Source of the DNA: Abditibacterium sp.
GTDB lineage: Bacteria; Armatimonadota; Abditibacteriia; Abditibacteriales; Abditibacteriaceae
DNA: 64,000 nucleotides
Reading direction: 5' to 3'
Assembly (NCBI GenBank): GCA_965199495.1
Contig: CBDASK010000003.1
Coordinates: 2,496,001 to 2,560,000, forward strand
Shown: in pieces, positions 39,694 to 48,749 of the stretch
How the letters are laid out: the number at the start of each line of letters is the position of its first letter
Position numbering within the stretch: position 1 is the stretch's first letter
Position numbers and translations under genes: made by a program
Notes under the pieces: generated by a model
What the model saw: the letters and a program-made list of their open reading frames with translations, nothing else
Told to the model about the DNA's origin: nothing
Databases searched by the model: none

Positions 39694-40851
39694 ATGAATC
39701 CGCAAATTCGTCTGCTGTTGCCCATCGGTGCGCTCGCGCTTGTCGTGGGCGGGCTTCTCGTCTGGAGCGACACGCGATTGAAGAAAATTGCGCCTTCCCC
39801 TGGCGGCGTGGCTGCTTATGCAGTGTGGGCGCCCGATACGGTTTGGCCGTGGCCAAACGCCCATACCAAAACGCTGGCGCCGGGCGTGACGCAGATTTCC
39901 AAAATTTCATCGGATGGCACGATGCTCGACTTATTCGACTTCGATTTTGGCGCCAACCCGCGTTTGCGCTGGGAAATTTTCGATCAGGACGAAGACGACG
40001 CCAAACCATTGGATAATCACGTCGCGTATTGGGATCGTAACGTCGCGCAAATGACGAAACAACTCGATGGCGCCAAAGGGCGCGGCCCGGTTTTGGTGGC
40101 GTGGAACGGCGCGTTTTTCGGCTACGATAACCACACCGTAACCGAAGACGCCTTTCACGTTTCGCCGGTTGTTTTGCGCGGCAAAGTTTATTTTTATACC
40201 GCGCAACATCGCTGGACTTTCGGCGTGAAGAACACAGCCACGGGGCCGGTGTGGAAAACGTTTTTCGAGCCAAGTCGCGCCACGATGGAGCGCGAATTCG
40301 ACTGGGCGGCGGGTAGCGTGCAATGTCTAATTAAAGACGGCAAACCGCTCAAAATCGAACCGTTCCCGCCCGTTGGCGGCGCTTTCAAATCGCAGCCAGT
40401 GCCTTCGACCGACAAAGAAGCCGGGCACATTCCCTATTTCGATCACATGAAAACTTGCCGCGCTTCGATTGGCTGGAGCCGCGATAACAAGCATTTGTAT
40501 TTTCTGGCGGTCAAAGAACCCGACGACGAAAGCTCATCGAGCGTGGCTTTGTCGTTCGCGGTGCGCGGCGAGCCGATTCCCGCCAATACGTCGCTTGCCG
40601 GTGGCTGGAGCGTGGCCGATGTCGGCAAGTTCTGGCAAAGTATGGGCGTGTGGGGCGCGATTAATTCCGACGCGGGCGGCGTGATGCAGTGGATCGCGCG
40701 CAAACCCGATAACGCCGGTTGGGAAATAGTGCCAGCGCACCAATCGTCGAACCAAATGCGCGTGCAAATCGCGCCGAATTGGGACGGCGAAATCAAGGGC
40801 GGCGGTTCGATTATGTATTTCTTCGTGCGCGAAATCGGGCAAACTAAGTAG
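39694..40851 (+). CDS. Secreted protein, phosphodiester glycosidase (NAGPA)-like
   Basis: N-terminal TM/signal, WNGAFF, RASIG, AINSDAGG. Confidence 0.6.
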   Translation: MNPQIRLLLPIGALALVVGGLLVWSDTRLKKIAPSPGGVAAYAVWAPDTVWPWPNAHTKTLAPGVTQISKISSDGTMLDLFDFDFGANPRLRWEIFDQDEDDAKPLDNHVAYWDRNVAQMTKQLDGAKGRGPVLVAWNGAFFGYDNHTVTEDAFHVSPVVLRGKVYFYTAQHRWTFGVKNTATGPVWKTFFEPSRATMEREFDWAAGSVQCLIKDGKPLKIEPFPPVGGAFKSQPVPSTDKEAGHIPYFDHMKTCRASIGWSRDNKHLYFLAVKEPDDESSSSVALSFAVRGEPIPANTSLAGGWSVADVGKFWQSMGVWGAINSDAGGVMQWIARKPDNAGWEIVPAHQSSNQMRVQIAPNWDGEIKGGGSIMYFFVREIGQTK

Positions 40852-40852
40852 C

Positions 40853-41251
40853 ATGGAAATTCCCCTCGCAGCTAAACCAGAACCTGGCCCGACGATTTAC
40901 GAAAAGGCGGGCGGACAAGAAATGTTCTTCAAACTCGCCGCGCACTTTTACGATGCCGTGAGCCACGACGCGGTTTTGCGCCCGCATTATCCCGAAGATT
41001 TGAGCGACAACGCGTGGTGGCTGGCGCTGTTTCTGATTCAGTATTGCGGCGGCCCGGACGATTATTCGCGCCAAAAAGGTCACCCGCGTTTGCGTATGCG
41101 TCACGCGCCCTTCGCCATCGGCGTGGCCGAGCGCGACGCGTGGATGAATAATATGCGCCGCGCCGTCGAAGCGCATGTCGAAAACGAGGAAGTCAAAGCG
41201 TATTTGCTGGATTATTTCGAGACGACGGCGACGTTTTTGATTAACACGTAA
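40853..41251 (+). CDS. Group II truncated haemoglobin
   Basis: YEKAGG, FY, QYCGGP, GHPRLRMRH, ERDAW. Confidence 0.9.
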   Translation: MEIPLAAKPEPGPTIYEKAGGQEMFFKLAAHFYDAVSHDAVLRPHYPEDLSDNAWWLALFLIQYCGGPDDYSRQKGHPRLRMRHAPFAIGVAERDAWMNNMRRAVEAHVENEEVKAYLLDYFETTATFLINT

Positions 41252-41256
41252 TTTGG

Positions 41257-41357
41257 CCCGTAGGGACACCGACTTGTCGTGTCTAAAACGTGGATGAACG
41301 CCGCAAAGTTGAAGCAAATCCGACGTTTTAGACACGATAAATCGGTGTCTCTACGGG
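41257..41357. repeat. GTAG-type REP doublet (REPIN-like), copy 3
   Basis: 35-bp arms with 3 mismatches. The spacer contains the reverse complement of the TTTGCTTCAACTTTGCG segment of copy 1. Confidence 0.85.
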
Positions 41358-41378
41358 AGCATCGAAAACGCCAAAAAC

Positions 41379-41407
41379 TTGCGCCACATTCCAATCCGTT
41401 TTATAAT
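41379..41407 (+). promoter_or_regulatory. Sigma70-type promoter of cimA
   Basis: TTGCGC (41379-41384), 17-bp spacer, TATAAT (41402-41407). Confidence 0.7.
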
Positions 41408-41417
41408 CAATAGCACA

Positions 41418-41544
41418 ATGTTTCCATTTAGCGCGCGAATTATCACCTGTGCGGGCCGCCATTACCTTGGCTCCCGACGCGGATAAATTCGCGCGTCATG
41501 CAGCCCGCCCCGATTATTTCATCAATCGCGGCGGGCTTTTTTTT
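41418..41544 (+). promoter_or_regulatory. Putative leader peptide and attenuator upstream of cimA
   Basis: 22-aa ORF at 41418-41486 (MFPFSARIITCAGRHYLGSRRG) and a terminator hairpin at 41502-41537 with an 8-T run, all before the cimA ATG. Confidence 0.65.
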
Positions 41545-41558
41545 GCTTTTTTAATTCC

Positions 41559-43127
41559 ATGAATCATCCCAAAGTTGAACTCTACGACACGACGCTCCGC
41601 GACGGCGCGCAGGCCGAAGGCGTCTCGTTTTCCGTCCTCGACAAACTCAAAATCGCGCGTCGTTTGGACGAATTCGGCATTCATTACATCGAAGGCGGCT
41701 GGCCCGGCTCCAATCCCAAAGACGAAGAGTTTTTCGCGCTCGCCCAAAAAGAAAAGTTTCGCAACGCGCAATTATGCGCTTTCTCTATGACGCGGCGCGC
41801 GAACATCGAACCGCAAGACGACGCCAATTTGCAGACCATCGTCGCCGCGCAAACGCCCGTCGTGATGCTCGTCGGCAAATCGTGGGATTTTCATGTCACT
41901 GAAGCCTTGAAAGTTCCGCTCGACGAAAATTTGCGCATGATCGAAAGCAGCGTGCGCTGGGTAAAATCGCAGGGGCGCCGCGTGTTTTTCATCGCCGAAC
42001 ATTTTTTCGATGCGCTGCAAAAATCGCCCGAATACGCGATGAAAACGCTCGAAGCCGCCGCCAACGGCGGCGCCGAATTGCTGGCTTTGCCTGATACCAA
42101 CGGCGGCGCTTTGCCCGCGCATATCAGCCACGGCGTGAGGCAAGTGTTGGAAATGTTCGATTTGCCGGTCGGAATTCACACGCACAACGACTGCGAACTC
42201 GCCGTGGCTAATGCTCTGGCTGGCGTCGAAGCGGGCGCGACGCAGGTGCAGGGCGTCATCAACGGGTTCGGCGAGCGTTGCGGCAATTGTAATCTGGTTT
42301 CGGTGATCGGCAATTTGCAGCTTAAAATGGATCGGCCCGTTGTCAGCGCTGAAAAATTGAAAGGCTTGACGGCGCTCAGTCATTACGTCGCCGAAATCGC
42401 CAATATGACGCCCAACGAGCGCCAGCCGTTCGTCGGGCGCGCCTGTTTCGCGCACAAAGGCGGCATGCACGTTGACGCCGTGCAAAAAGCGGGCGGCGCC
42501 GCCTACGAACATATCGAGCCGCAGAGCGTGGGCAACGAACGGCGCATTTTGATTTCGGATTATTCGGGCACTTCCAACGTGCGCGAAGTCGCCTCCGATT
42601 TGGGCTATGAATTGCCCAAAGGAAGCCCCGAAGCCACGGCGATTCTGCGCGAAGTGAAGCGATTGGAAAATCAAGGCTACGAATTCGAGAGCGCCGACGC
42701 CAGTTTCGCGCTCTTAATCCAGCGCGCGCTGGGCCGCGAAGAGAAAAAATTCGAGTTGTTGAGCGTGCGCGTTATCAACGAATTTCGCCCCGGCCTAACC
42801 GAATGGATTACCGAAGCGACGCTCAAAATCCGCGTCGGCGACGAAATTCAGCACACTGTCGCCGAAGGAGATGGCCCAGTTCACGCGCTCGATAACGCGT
42901 TGCGGCTGGCGCTTCGCGGCGCTTATCCGCAGTTGGACGAAATTCGCCTCGCCGATTTCAAAGTCAGAGTCGTGAATACAAGCGAAGGCACGGCGGCCAA
43001 AGTGCGCGTTTCGATTGATTCGGGAAGCGGCGAAAAAACTTGGGGAACCGTCGGCGTTTCGACTAACGTTATCGAGGCGAGCTGGCAGGCTTTGACCGAA
43101 GCGATTGAATTTGGATTGGAAAATTAG
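41559..43127 (+). CDS. cimA: (R)-citramalate synthase (LeuA/CimA family)
   Basis: YDTTLRDGAQAEG, IEGGWPGSNPKD, GKSWDFHV, FAHKGGMH, GYEFESADASF and the C-terminal regulatory domain. Confidence 0.9.
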   Translation: MNHPKVELYDTTLRDGAQAEGVSFSVLDKLKIARRLDEFGIHYIEGGWPGSNPKDEEFFALAQKEKFRNAQLCAFSMTRRANIEPQDDANLQTIVAAQTPVVMLVGKSWDFHVTEALKVPLDENLRMIESSVRWVKSQGRRVFFIAEHFFDALQKSPEYAMKTLEAAANGGAELLALPDTNGGALPAHISHGVRQVLEMFDLPVGIHTHNDCELAVANALAGVEAGATQVQGVINGFGERCGNCNLVSVIGNLQLKMDRPVVSAEKLKGLTALSHYVAEIANMTPNERQPFVGRACFAHKGGMHVDAVQKAGGAAYEHIEPQSVGNERRILISDYSGTSNVREVASDLGYELPKGSPEATAILREVKRLENQGYEFESADASFALLIQRALGREEKKFELLSVRVINEFRPGLTEWITEATLKIRVGDEIQHTVAEGDGPVHALDNALRLALRGAYPQLDEIRLADFKVRVVNTSEGTAAKVRVSIDSGSGEKTWGTVGVSTNVIEASWQALTEAIEFGLEN

Positions 43128-43260
43128 CCACAGAGAACTCAGAGAACGCTCAGAAAAACACAGAGGGAATGAAGAAATTTGAGCTTTGAAGTTGTAAATT
43201 AACCTTCAGTTTTTATTCTCTGTGTTTTTCTGGGCGTTCTCTGAGTTCTCTGTGGCTAAT
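43123..43260. repeat. TTAGCCACAGAG-family palindromic element, copy 2
   Basis: 43-bp arms at 43123-43165 and 43218-43260 with one mismatch. Confidence 0.88.
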
Positions 43261-43475
43261 CCGATTTCGGTTTCCCAATCGTCGCCCCAAATCTCACGTT
43301 TCTGCTTTTCGCTTAAGAAAACGCCGTGCGAATAGTCATCTTTGTCGTGTTCGTTGGTGCTTTGCATTTGCAACAACCATGCGTTCCAGACGGCGATGCG
43401 TTCGGGCCAATCGAGGTTGCCGATGTCGAGGTCTTCTTCGCTGAGAAATTCGTCACGGTCTTGAAAATTGAACAT
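43206..43475 (-). CDS. Small acidic hypothetical protein
   Basis: ATG lies 1 nt after the upstream gene's stop; the C-terminus is encoded by the palindromic element. Confidence 0.65.
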   Translation of the reverse strand: MFNFQDRDEFLSEEDLDIGNLDWPERIAVWNAWLLQMQSTNEHDKDDYSHGVFLSEKQKREIWGDDWETEIGLATENSENAQKNTENKN

Positions 43476-43476
43476 T

Positions 43477-44271
43477 TTAGAGAACCTCTGCGGGCAAAAA
43501 TTGCGCCCGTTCGACGACGATTTGGTGAGCTTCTCGAAGTGGCAAACCTTCGATGTCGCGTTTAAGTTTGGGCCACTGTTCTAACCATTGAACCGACGCT
43601 CTCGTGTAAGCGGCTAATCGCTGCGCGTCAGCTTTTTTTAAATTTCGACGCTCAGCATCCAACTGTGCTTCGAGAGCATCGGAGCCTTGTGAGACGTAAC
43701 TCAAAAGCGGGCGTTGTTGCGCGAGTTGTTTCACCAAATCAGGGTGTTCTCGCGCCAACTGGATGATTTCGCGCGGACTACGACTCCACAGCAACTGCTC
43801 GCGCACATCAGGCAAAAGACGCGCAATTTCGGCGATGAACGAGTAATCGCGCTCGCGCTTGGTCTCTTTAAGTAGGGCCAGACGACGCAGATCAATCGTC
43901 GCAACAGGAAACCCGGTTTGGTTTTCCTGCTCGTTCCACATTTGCGCCAAATCTTCGGGCGACACGCGCGGTGGACGGGTAACGAAGTCGGTGCGCGCGC
44001 GATAGCTATCCAACTCGAACTCGAAATGACTGCTCCACCCCCCGGCAAGCCAGCGCACATCGAGCGGCGCACCCAAACGGTAACTCGCGCCGTAACTTTC
44101 TAATACGCCCAAAATATGATCGAGAGATTCCGCATCTTCTCGGATAATCCAATCTCCGTCTTTGGAAGAAAGCGCCAGTCCATGCATTACAACCGCTTGC
44201 CCAGAAGACAAAACCGCGCGTAATTTTCCTTCGTTAAATCGGTTCGTCAATTCTAAATAAATGTTGGACAT
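43477..44271 (-). CDS. Putative nucleotidyltransferase-fold protein (AbiEii/MNT-like)
   Basis: SGQAVVMHG...SKDGDW (G-x-DxD type motif) and LALLKETKRERDY. Start taken at MSNIYLEL. Confidence 0.6.
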   Translation of the reverse strand: MSNIYLELTNRFNEGKLRAVLSSGQAVVMHGLALSSKDGDWIIREDAESLDHILGVLESYGASYRLGAPLDVRWLAGGWSSHFEFELDSYRARTDFVTRPPRVSPEDLAQMWNEQENQTGFPVATIDLRRLALLKETKRERDYSFIAEIARLLPDVREQLLWSRSPREIIQLAREHPDLVKQLAQQRPLLSYVSQGSDALEAQLDAERRNLKKADAQRLAAYTRASVQWLEQWPKLKRDIEGLPLREAHQIVVERAQFLPAEVL

Positions 44272-44309
44272 CCGTTTAACAATCGCAAATTCAACTCCCC
44301 TCGCCAACA

Positions 44310-44337
44310 CGCCGTGGCTACTTATGCAGCCACGGCG
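44310..44337. terminator. Hairpin formed by an inverted pair of CGCCGTGGCT
   Basis: CGCCGTGGCT-ACTTATGC-AGCCACGGCG, ~26 nt past the stop of the esterase gene. Confidence 0.55.
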
Positions 44338-44363
44338 CTTTGAGTATTTAGATCGTTCGCAAC

Positions 44364-45455
44364 TTACATCATACCAAACGCCGATTTGAGGCCGCTCGCC
44401 ACGAAATTCTGCGCATCGTCGGCTTGCGGAACCGTGCCGCTCATGCCGAAGAATTCGTGCGTCACGCCTTGAAAATAACGATAACGGACGGGGATTCCGG
44501 CTTGCTTGAGTTTGGTCGCGTAATCCTGACCTTCCGAGTGCAATACGTCGATTTCGTCGGTAATGACCGTCGCGGGTGGCAAGCCGCGCAATTGCGCTGT
44601 CGTCGCTTTGATCGGCTCTTGATAACGCAACGGGTCTTTGGCGGTGATTTTTCCGGGATAATATTTCCAAAACCACTGTCCCGCGCCTTTGCCCAACGGC
44701 ACGGCGTCTTCGTTGATTTTGTAGGACGGATAACGGCGGAACAGCGTAGCGTCGCTCAACTTGAGCGAATTCATGATATACGGATAAACCAGAACTTGAT
44801 GAATCGGCATCGCGCCGCCGCGATCTTTGGCCATCATGCAGACAGTTGTGGCGAGATTGCCGCCCGCGCTTTCGCCCATGACGGCGATTTTCTTCGGGTC
44901 GGCGCCAACGTATTGGGCGTTTTTGGTCAGATATTGCAGCGCGGCATAGGACGCTTCGGGCGCGGCGGGAAACGGATTTTCAGGCGCGAGCGGATAAGCG
45001 ACGCTGGCGACGATGACGCCCGCTTTGTTGGCGATGGCGCGGCACGACGGCGCGTAAACGTCCAAATTGGCGATGACGAAACCGCCACCGTGGAAATAAA
45101 CCACCATCGGCAAAGGTTCATTGCCCGCGTTGGCGGGCTTGAAAAAGCGTACCAACGTTTGGCCTTTGCCCATCGCGCCGGGAATCGCGCGATGAAAAAT
45201 TTGCGTTTTCGGAAAAATATCAGCGCCGCTTTGATCTGTAACTTCGAGGTAAGCGCGCTGAATCGGCGCCTGATTGCGCGCGTTGGCGGGCGTCAATTTG
45301 GGCAACGGAACCGGGCCGTATTTTTTGAATTGATCCAAAACTTTCTTCATGCCCGCGTCGGGCGCCGGGGCGGCAAAGGTCGGAGCGGCAATGGTTGCGG
45401 ATAGGGAAAGGACGGCGCCGAACGTCGCGGTGCGAGCGAATAGTTGAGTTTGCAT
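44364..45455 (-). CDS. Secreted alpha/beta hydrolase (HSL-family esterase/lipase)
   Basis: Signal peptide, HGGGF, GESAGG, D (IDVL), H (THEF). Confidence 0.92.
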   Translation of the reverse strand: MQTQLFARTATFGAVLSLSATIAAPTFAAPAPDAGMKKVLDQFKKYGPVPLPKLTPANARNQAPIQRAYLEVTDQSGADIFPKTQIFHRAIPGAMGKGQTLVRFFKPANAGNEPLPMVVYFHGGGFVIANLDVYAPSCRAIANKAGVIVASVAYPLAPENPFPAAPEASYAALQYLTKNAQYVGADPKKIAVMGESAGGNLATTVCMMAKDRGGAMPIHQVLVYPYIMNSLKLSDATLFRRYPSYKINEDAVPLGKGAGQWFWKYYPGKITAKDPLRYQEPIKATTAQLRGLPPATVITDEIDVLHSEGQDYATKLKQAGIPVRYRYFQGVTHEFFGMSGTVPQADDAQNFVASGLKSAFGMM

Positions 45456-45605
45456 AAAACGAAGATTTGTCTGTCAACTTTCGTTTAAGCAAATGAAATT
45501 CCAAAAGCATTTAATTTTTCCCGAAATTAGGAAATTCGGGGGAATTTACCCAACAAAAAGCGCCCCGCGAAATCCGCAGGGCGCTGCTCTTAAATAAAGC
45601 TAAAT

Positions 45606-46352
45606 CTATAAGCGCGCCAATCTTCCCGCGTCCACGGGAATGACGCTGCCGGTGATGAACTGCGCCTCGCGCGAGGCCAGAAAACAGATGGTTTTGGCGA
45701 CCGACTCGCTCGAAGCCACGGCGCCTTCGAGCTTTTCTTCGCCCGACTGCAAATTGGGATTCGTCCACAAAAGCGGCGTGTCCACCGCGCCCGGCGCGAC
45801 GGCGTTGACGCGCACATGAAGCGGCTCGGCTTCGATGGACAAAGCGCGCGTGAACGCTTCGAGGCCGCCTTTGCTGGCGGCGTAGGCCGACACGTTGCGC
45901 GTGGTGGCCTGCGCGTGAACGCTCGAAACGTTGACGATTGAACCACCTTTGCGTCCGTCTTCGTGGCGAAAATGCGGTAGTGCGTATTTGCTAAACAAAA
46001 ACGCCGCGCGCAAATTCACGCTCATCACCCGATCCCAATCGGCTTCGGCCAAATCAATCACCGGCTGAAAACGCATGATACCCGCGTTGTTGATGAGAAC
46101 TTCGATGCGGCCCCACCTTTCGACGACGTGATTGACGACGCCTTGTACATCGGCGCTTTGCGAAACGTCGGCGTAAAGATAGATGGCCGATCCACCGTCG
46201 CGCTCGATTTGAGCAACGGCTTTGCAGCCCGCCTCACGGTCAATATCCACGATGGCGACTTTGGCACCCTCGCGGGCGAGTTGGAGGCTGGTGGCCAAGC
46301 CGATGCCGGAGCCACCGCCGGTCACGATTGCGATGTGATTGGGAAAATTCAC
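45606..46352 (-). CDS. Short-chain dehydrogenase/reductase
   Basis: TGGGSGIG, NNAG, YAASK. GTG start is assumed. Confidence 0.9.
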   Translation of the reverse strand: MNFPNHIAIVTGGGSGIGLATSLQLAREGAKVAIVDIDREAGCKAVAQIERDGGSAIYLYADVSQSADVQGVVNHVVERWGRIEVLINNAGIMRFQPVIDLAEADWDRVMSVNLRAAFLFSKYALPHFRHEDGRKGGSIVNVSSVHAQATTRNVSAYAASKGGLEAFTRALSIEAEPLHVRVNAVAPGAVDTPLLWTNPNLQSGEEKLEGAVASSESVAKTICFLASREAQFITGSVIPVDAGRLARL

Positions 46353-46645
46353 GGGGTAATACCTTGTCGCCTTCAGGGAATTGGCGACTTTTCTAACGGA
46401 AATACTCTCTGGCAAAGGGGACGCCTAAAAATCCATAATAAAACGTTTAATTCAAGTTTTAGTAATGAGTTGAAATCGGGTTTTTTCGAGCTTATATCGC
46501 GAATGTAAAAATGAGATTAACGATGCGTCGCGGCGCGGTTAAAACCCCTATTGCTGTGAACTTCGCGCGCGCGAAACGATGTTTATCGTTTGAGCGTCTT
46601 GCCATTAAACGCCCGCGAAACGAAAAGTTCCCGGCGCCATTTAAA

Positions 46646-47941
46646 ATGACTGGAACAACCATTGGCACTTTCTGGAATCGTCAAATCGAAGCCGCAGGTT
46701 TGGCCGACATCGCCGAAAAAACCGAAAACGGCGAACGCCTTTCCGCCGACGACGGAATGCGACTTTATGGGTCGCCGCATCTCAACGTCGTCGGTTATCT
46801 CGCCAACCGTGTTCGCGAGCGCAAAAACGGCAACGTGGCTTATTGGGTGCGTAATCAGCACGTCAATTACACCAACATTTGTAACAAAGGGTGTCTGTTC
46901 TGTTCGTTCTACGCCAACCCCAAAGACGACGCGCGCGCCTATTGCATGACGCCGCAACAGGCCGCGCAGAAAGTCACCAATTATGGCGACGTGCCGATTT
47001 CCGAGATTCACGTCGTCGGCGGCGTCAATCCGAAGTTGCCTTACTCGTATTATGTCGAGTTGTTGCAGGCCATCAAAGCCGCGCGACCCGATGCGCATAT
47101 CAAGGCGTTCACGATGGTCGAAATTGACCAAATCGTGCGCGCGGCCAAACGCGTCGGGTTGGAAACGCCCGCGCAGGTTTTCGAGGATTTGAAGCGCGCT
47201 GGCCTCGACGCTTTGCCCGGCGGCGGCGCCGAAGTAATGAGCGAACGCGTTCACGAAGATTTGTTTTATGCCAAACCCGACGCCGCGCGCTGGCTGGAAT
47301 TGGCGCGCGCGGCGCATTTGTCGGGGCTGAAAACCAACGCGACGCTTTTATACGGCCACGTCGAGCAGACGCCGGAGAAAATCGAGCATTTTCTCAAACT
47401 GCGCGAATTGCAAGACGAAACCGGTGGCTTTTTAACGTTCATTCCGCTTTCGTGGCATCCCGAAAAAACGGCTTTGGAAGAATTGCGCCCGCCGACGGGC
47501 GTCGAAGATTTGCGCGAGATCGCTGTGGCTCGTTTGATGCTGGATAATTTCCCGCACATCAAAACGTTCTGGATTATGAACACGGCGCCGGTTTCACAAA
47601 GCGCGCTGTGGTATGGCGCCGACGATATGGACGGGACGATCATGGAATACGAAATTATCCGCGACCCATCGCGCGACCGCAAACAGGTTTTGACTTCGCG
47701 CGAAATGGTTGAGATGATTCTCGAAGCGGGCCGCGAACCGCTCGAACGCGACCCGTTCTACCACGTTTTGTCGCGCGGATTGGAAAGCGTGACTGATGTC
47801 GAAACTTTATTGAGCGAACAAAGCGCCGATTTGATTCAGCCGACGGCGAATCTGGGCATTACGCAACGCGCGGGTATTACGACGGCGGCGCAGGCGCATC
47901 TGGAAAAAGGCCGCAAATTGATTGCGCTCGAAGCGCGCTGA
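46646..47941 (+). CDS. mqnE: Aminofutalosine synthase (radical SAM, CofH/MqnE family)
   Basis: NYTNICNKGCLFCSF, EIHVVGG, HIKAFTMVEI, PGGGAE, NATLLYGHVE, LDNFPHIK. Confidence 0.85.
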   Translation: MTGTTIGTFWNRQIEAAGLADIAEKTENGERLSADDGMRLYGSPHLNVVGYLANRVRERKNGNVAYWVRNQHVNYTNICNKGCLFCSFYANPKDDARAYCMTPQQAAQKVTNYGDVPISEIHVVGGVNPKLPYSYYVELLQAIKAARPDAHIKAFTMVEIDQIVRAAKRVGLETPAQVFEDLKRAGLDALPGGGAEVMSERVHEDLFYAKPDAARWLELARAAHLSGLKTNATLLYGHVEQTPEKIEHFLKLRELQDETGGFLTFIPLSWHPEKTALEELRPPTGVEDLREIAVARLMLDNFPHIKTFWIMNTAPVSQSALWYGADDMDGTIMEYEIIRDPSRDRKQVLTSREMVEMILEAGREPLERDPFYHVLSRGLESVTDVETLLSEQSADLIQPTANLGITQRAGITTAAQAHLEKGRKLIALEAR

Positions 47942-48622
47942 CAATTGGATTATGGAAACCAAGAACATCTACCGAGCCGCCTCGATGGGGGATGAAGAAT
48001 CTCTTTTAAAGTTGATAAGGAAAGGGGCGGATGTAAACGCCAAAGATGAGCAACAGCTTCCGCCATTACATTACGCCGCCTATAGAGGTCGGAGCAATAC
48101 GTTGCAAATTCTGTTGGATCATGGAGCCGAAGTGAACACTTCTAATGGTATCGGTTACACGCCGCTTATGGTTGCTTCGCGCGAAGGCAGAACGGATGCC
48201 GTGCGCCTATTGCTGGAATACGGCGCCGCAGTAAACGCCACTTCGATCTCCGGGCAAATGGCCCTATCTTTTGCGGCGACTTATGCACATTCTGGCGTCG
48301 TGCAACTGCTTTTAGAGCATGGCGCAACCGTAAAGGGAAAAGGGGCCGAGTCCGCTTTGCTGGGAGCCGCATTGAACGGTAACAGCGACAATGTGCACCT
48401 CTTGTTGGTTGCCGGTGTTGACTTTCGTGCCACCAATAACGGTGGGAAAACCGCTCTGGATTTGGCATCCGAACCGGGCCGAGCCGAAATAGGAAGGGCC
48501 ACCGTGCGTCAACTACTCCAAGACGCGGATGCAGGCCGCTGATAACAATCGTTGCTACGCGTGTGAGCACGTCGGATAAAGCGTAGAAGTAACCGCTTTA
48601 ATAGGATTGCGCTCGAAGCGCG
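47920..48622. mobile_element. Inserted cassette bounded by an 18-bp direct repeat of the mqnE 3' end
   Basis: GATTGCGCTCGAAGCGCG at 47920-47937 and 48605-48622. Confidence 0.65.
47952..48542 (+). CDS. Ankyrin repeat protein
   Basis: Repeated PLHYAA/TPLMVAS...LLEYGAAVN motifs; atypical codons (AGG, AGA, GGA, ATA). Confidence 0.92.
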   Translation: METKNIYRAASMGDEESLLKLIRKGADVNAKDEQQLPPLHYAAYRGRSNTLQILLDHGAEVNTSNGIGYTPLMVASREGRTDAVRLLLEYGAAVNATSISGQMALSFAATYAHSGVVQLLLEHGATVKGKGAESALLGAALNGNSDNVHLLLVAGVDFRATNNGGKTALDLASEPGRAEIGRATVRQLLQDADAGR

Positions 48623-48663
48623 TTTGCAGTTACGATAATTCGATTCTCAAAAAGCCTAATTTT

Positions 48664-48715
48664 ACATTTGGATTGCCTCCGGCCTTTTTCACGCCGGAGG
48701 CAATCCAAATGTTTT
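48664..48715. terminator. Hairpin/terminator between convergent genes
   Basis: 20-bp arms ACATTTGGATTGCCTCCGGC / GCCGGAGGCAATCCAAATGT followed by TTT. Confidence 0.75.
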
Positions 48716-48749
48716 CGCAGCCCAATTTCACAATTGTTAGGCGCTGATT

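Noticed and set aside
44272..44676. N-terminal extension of the 43477 ORF to 399 aa
   Set aside because: It overlaps the esterase gene in another frame and crosses the intergenic hairpin; the plausible start is 44271.
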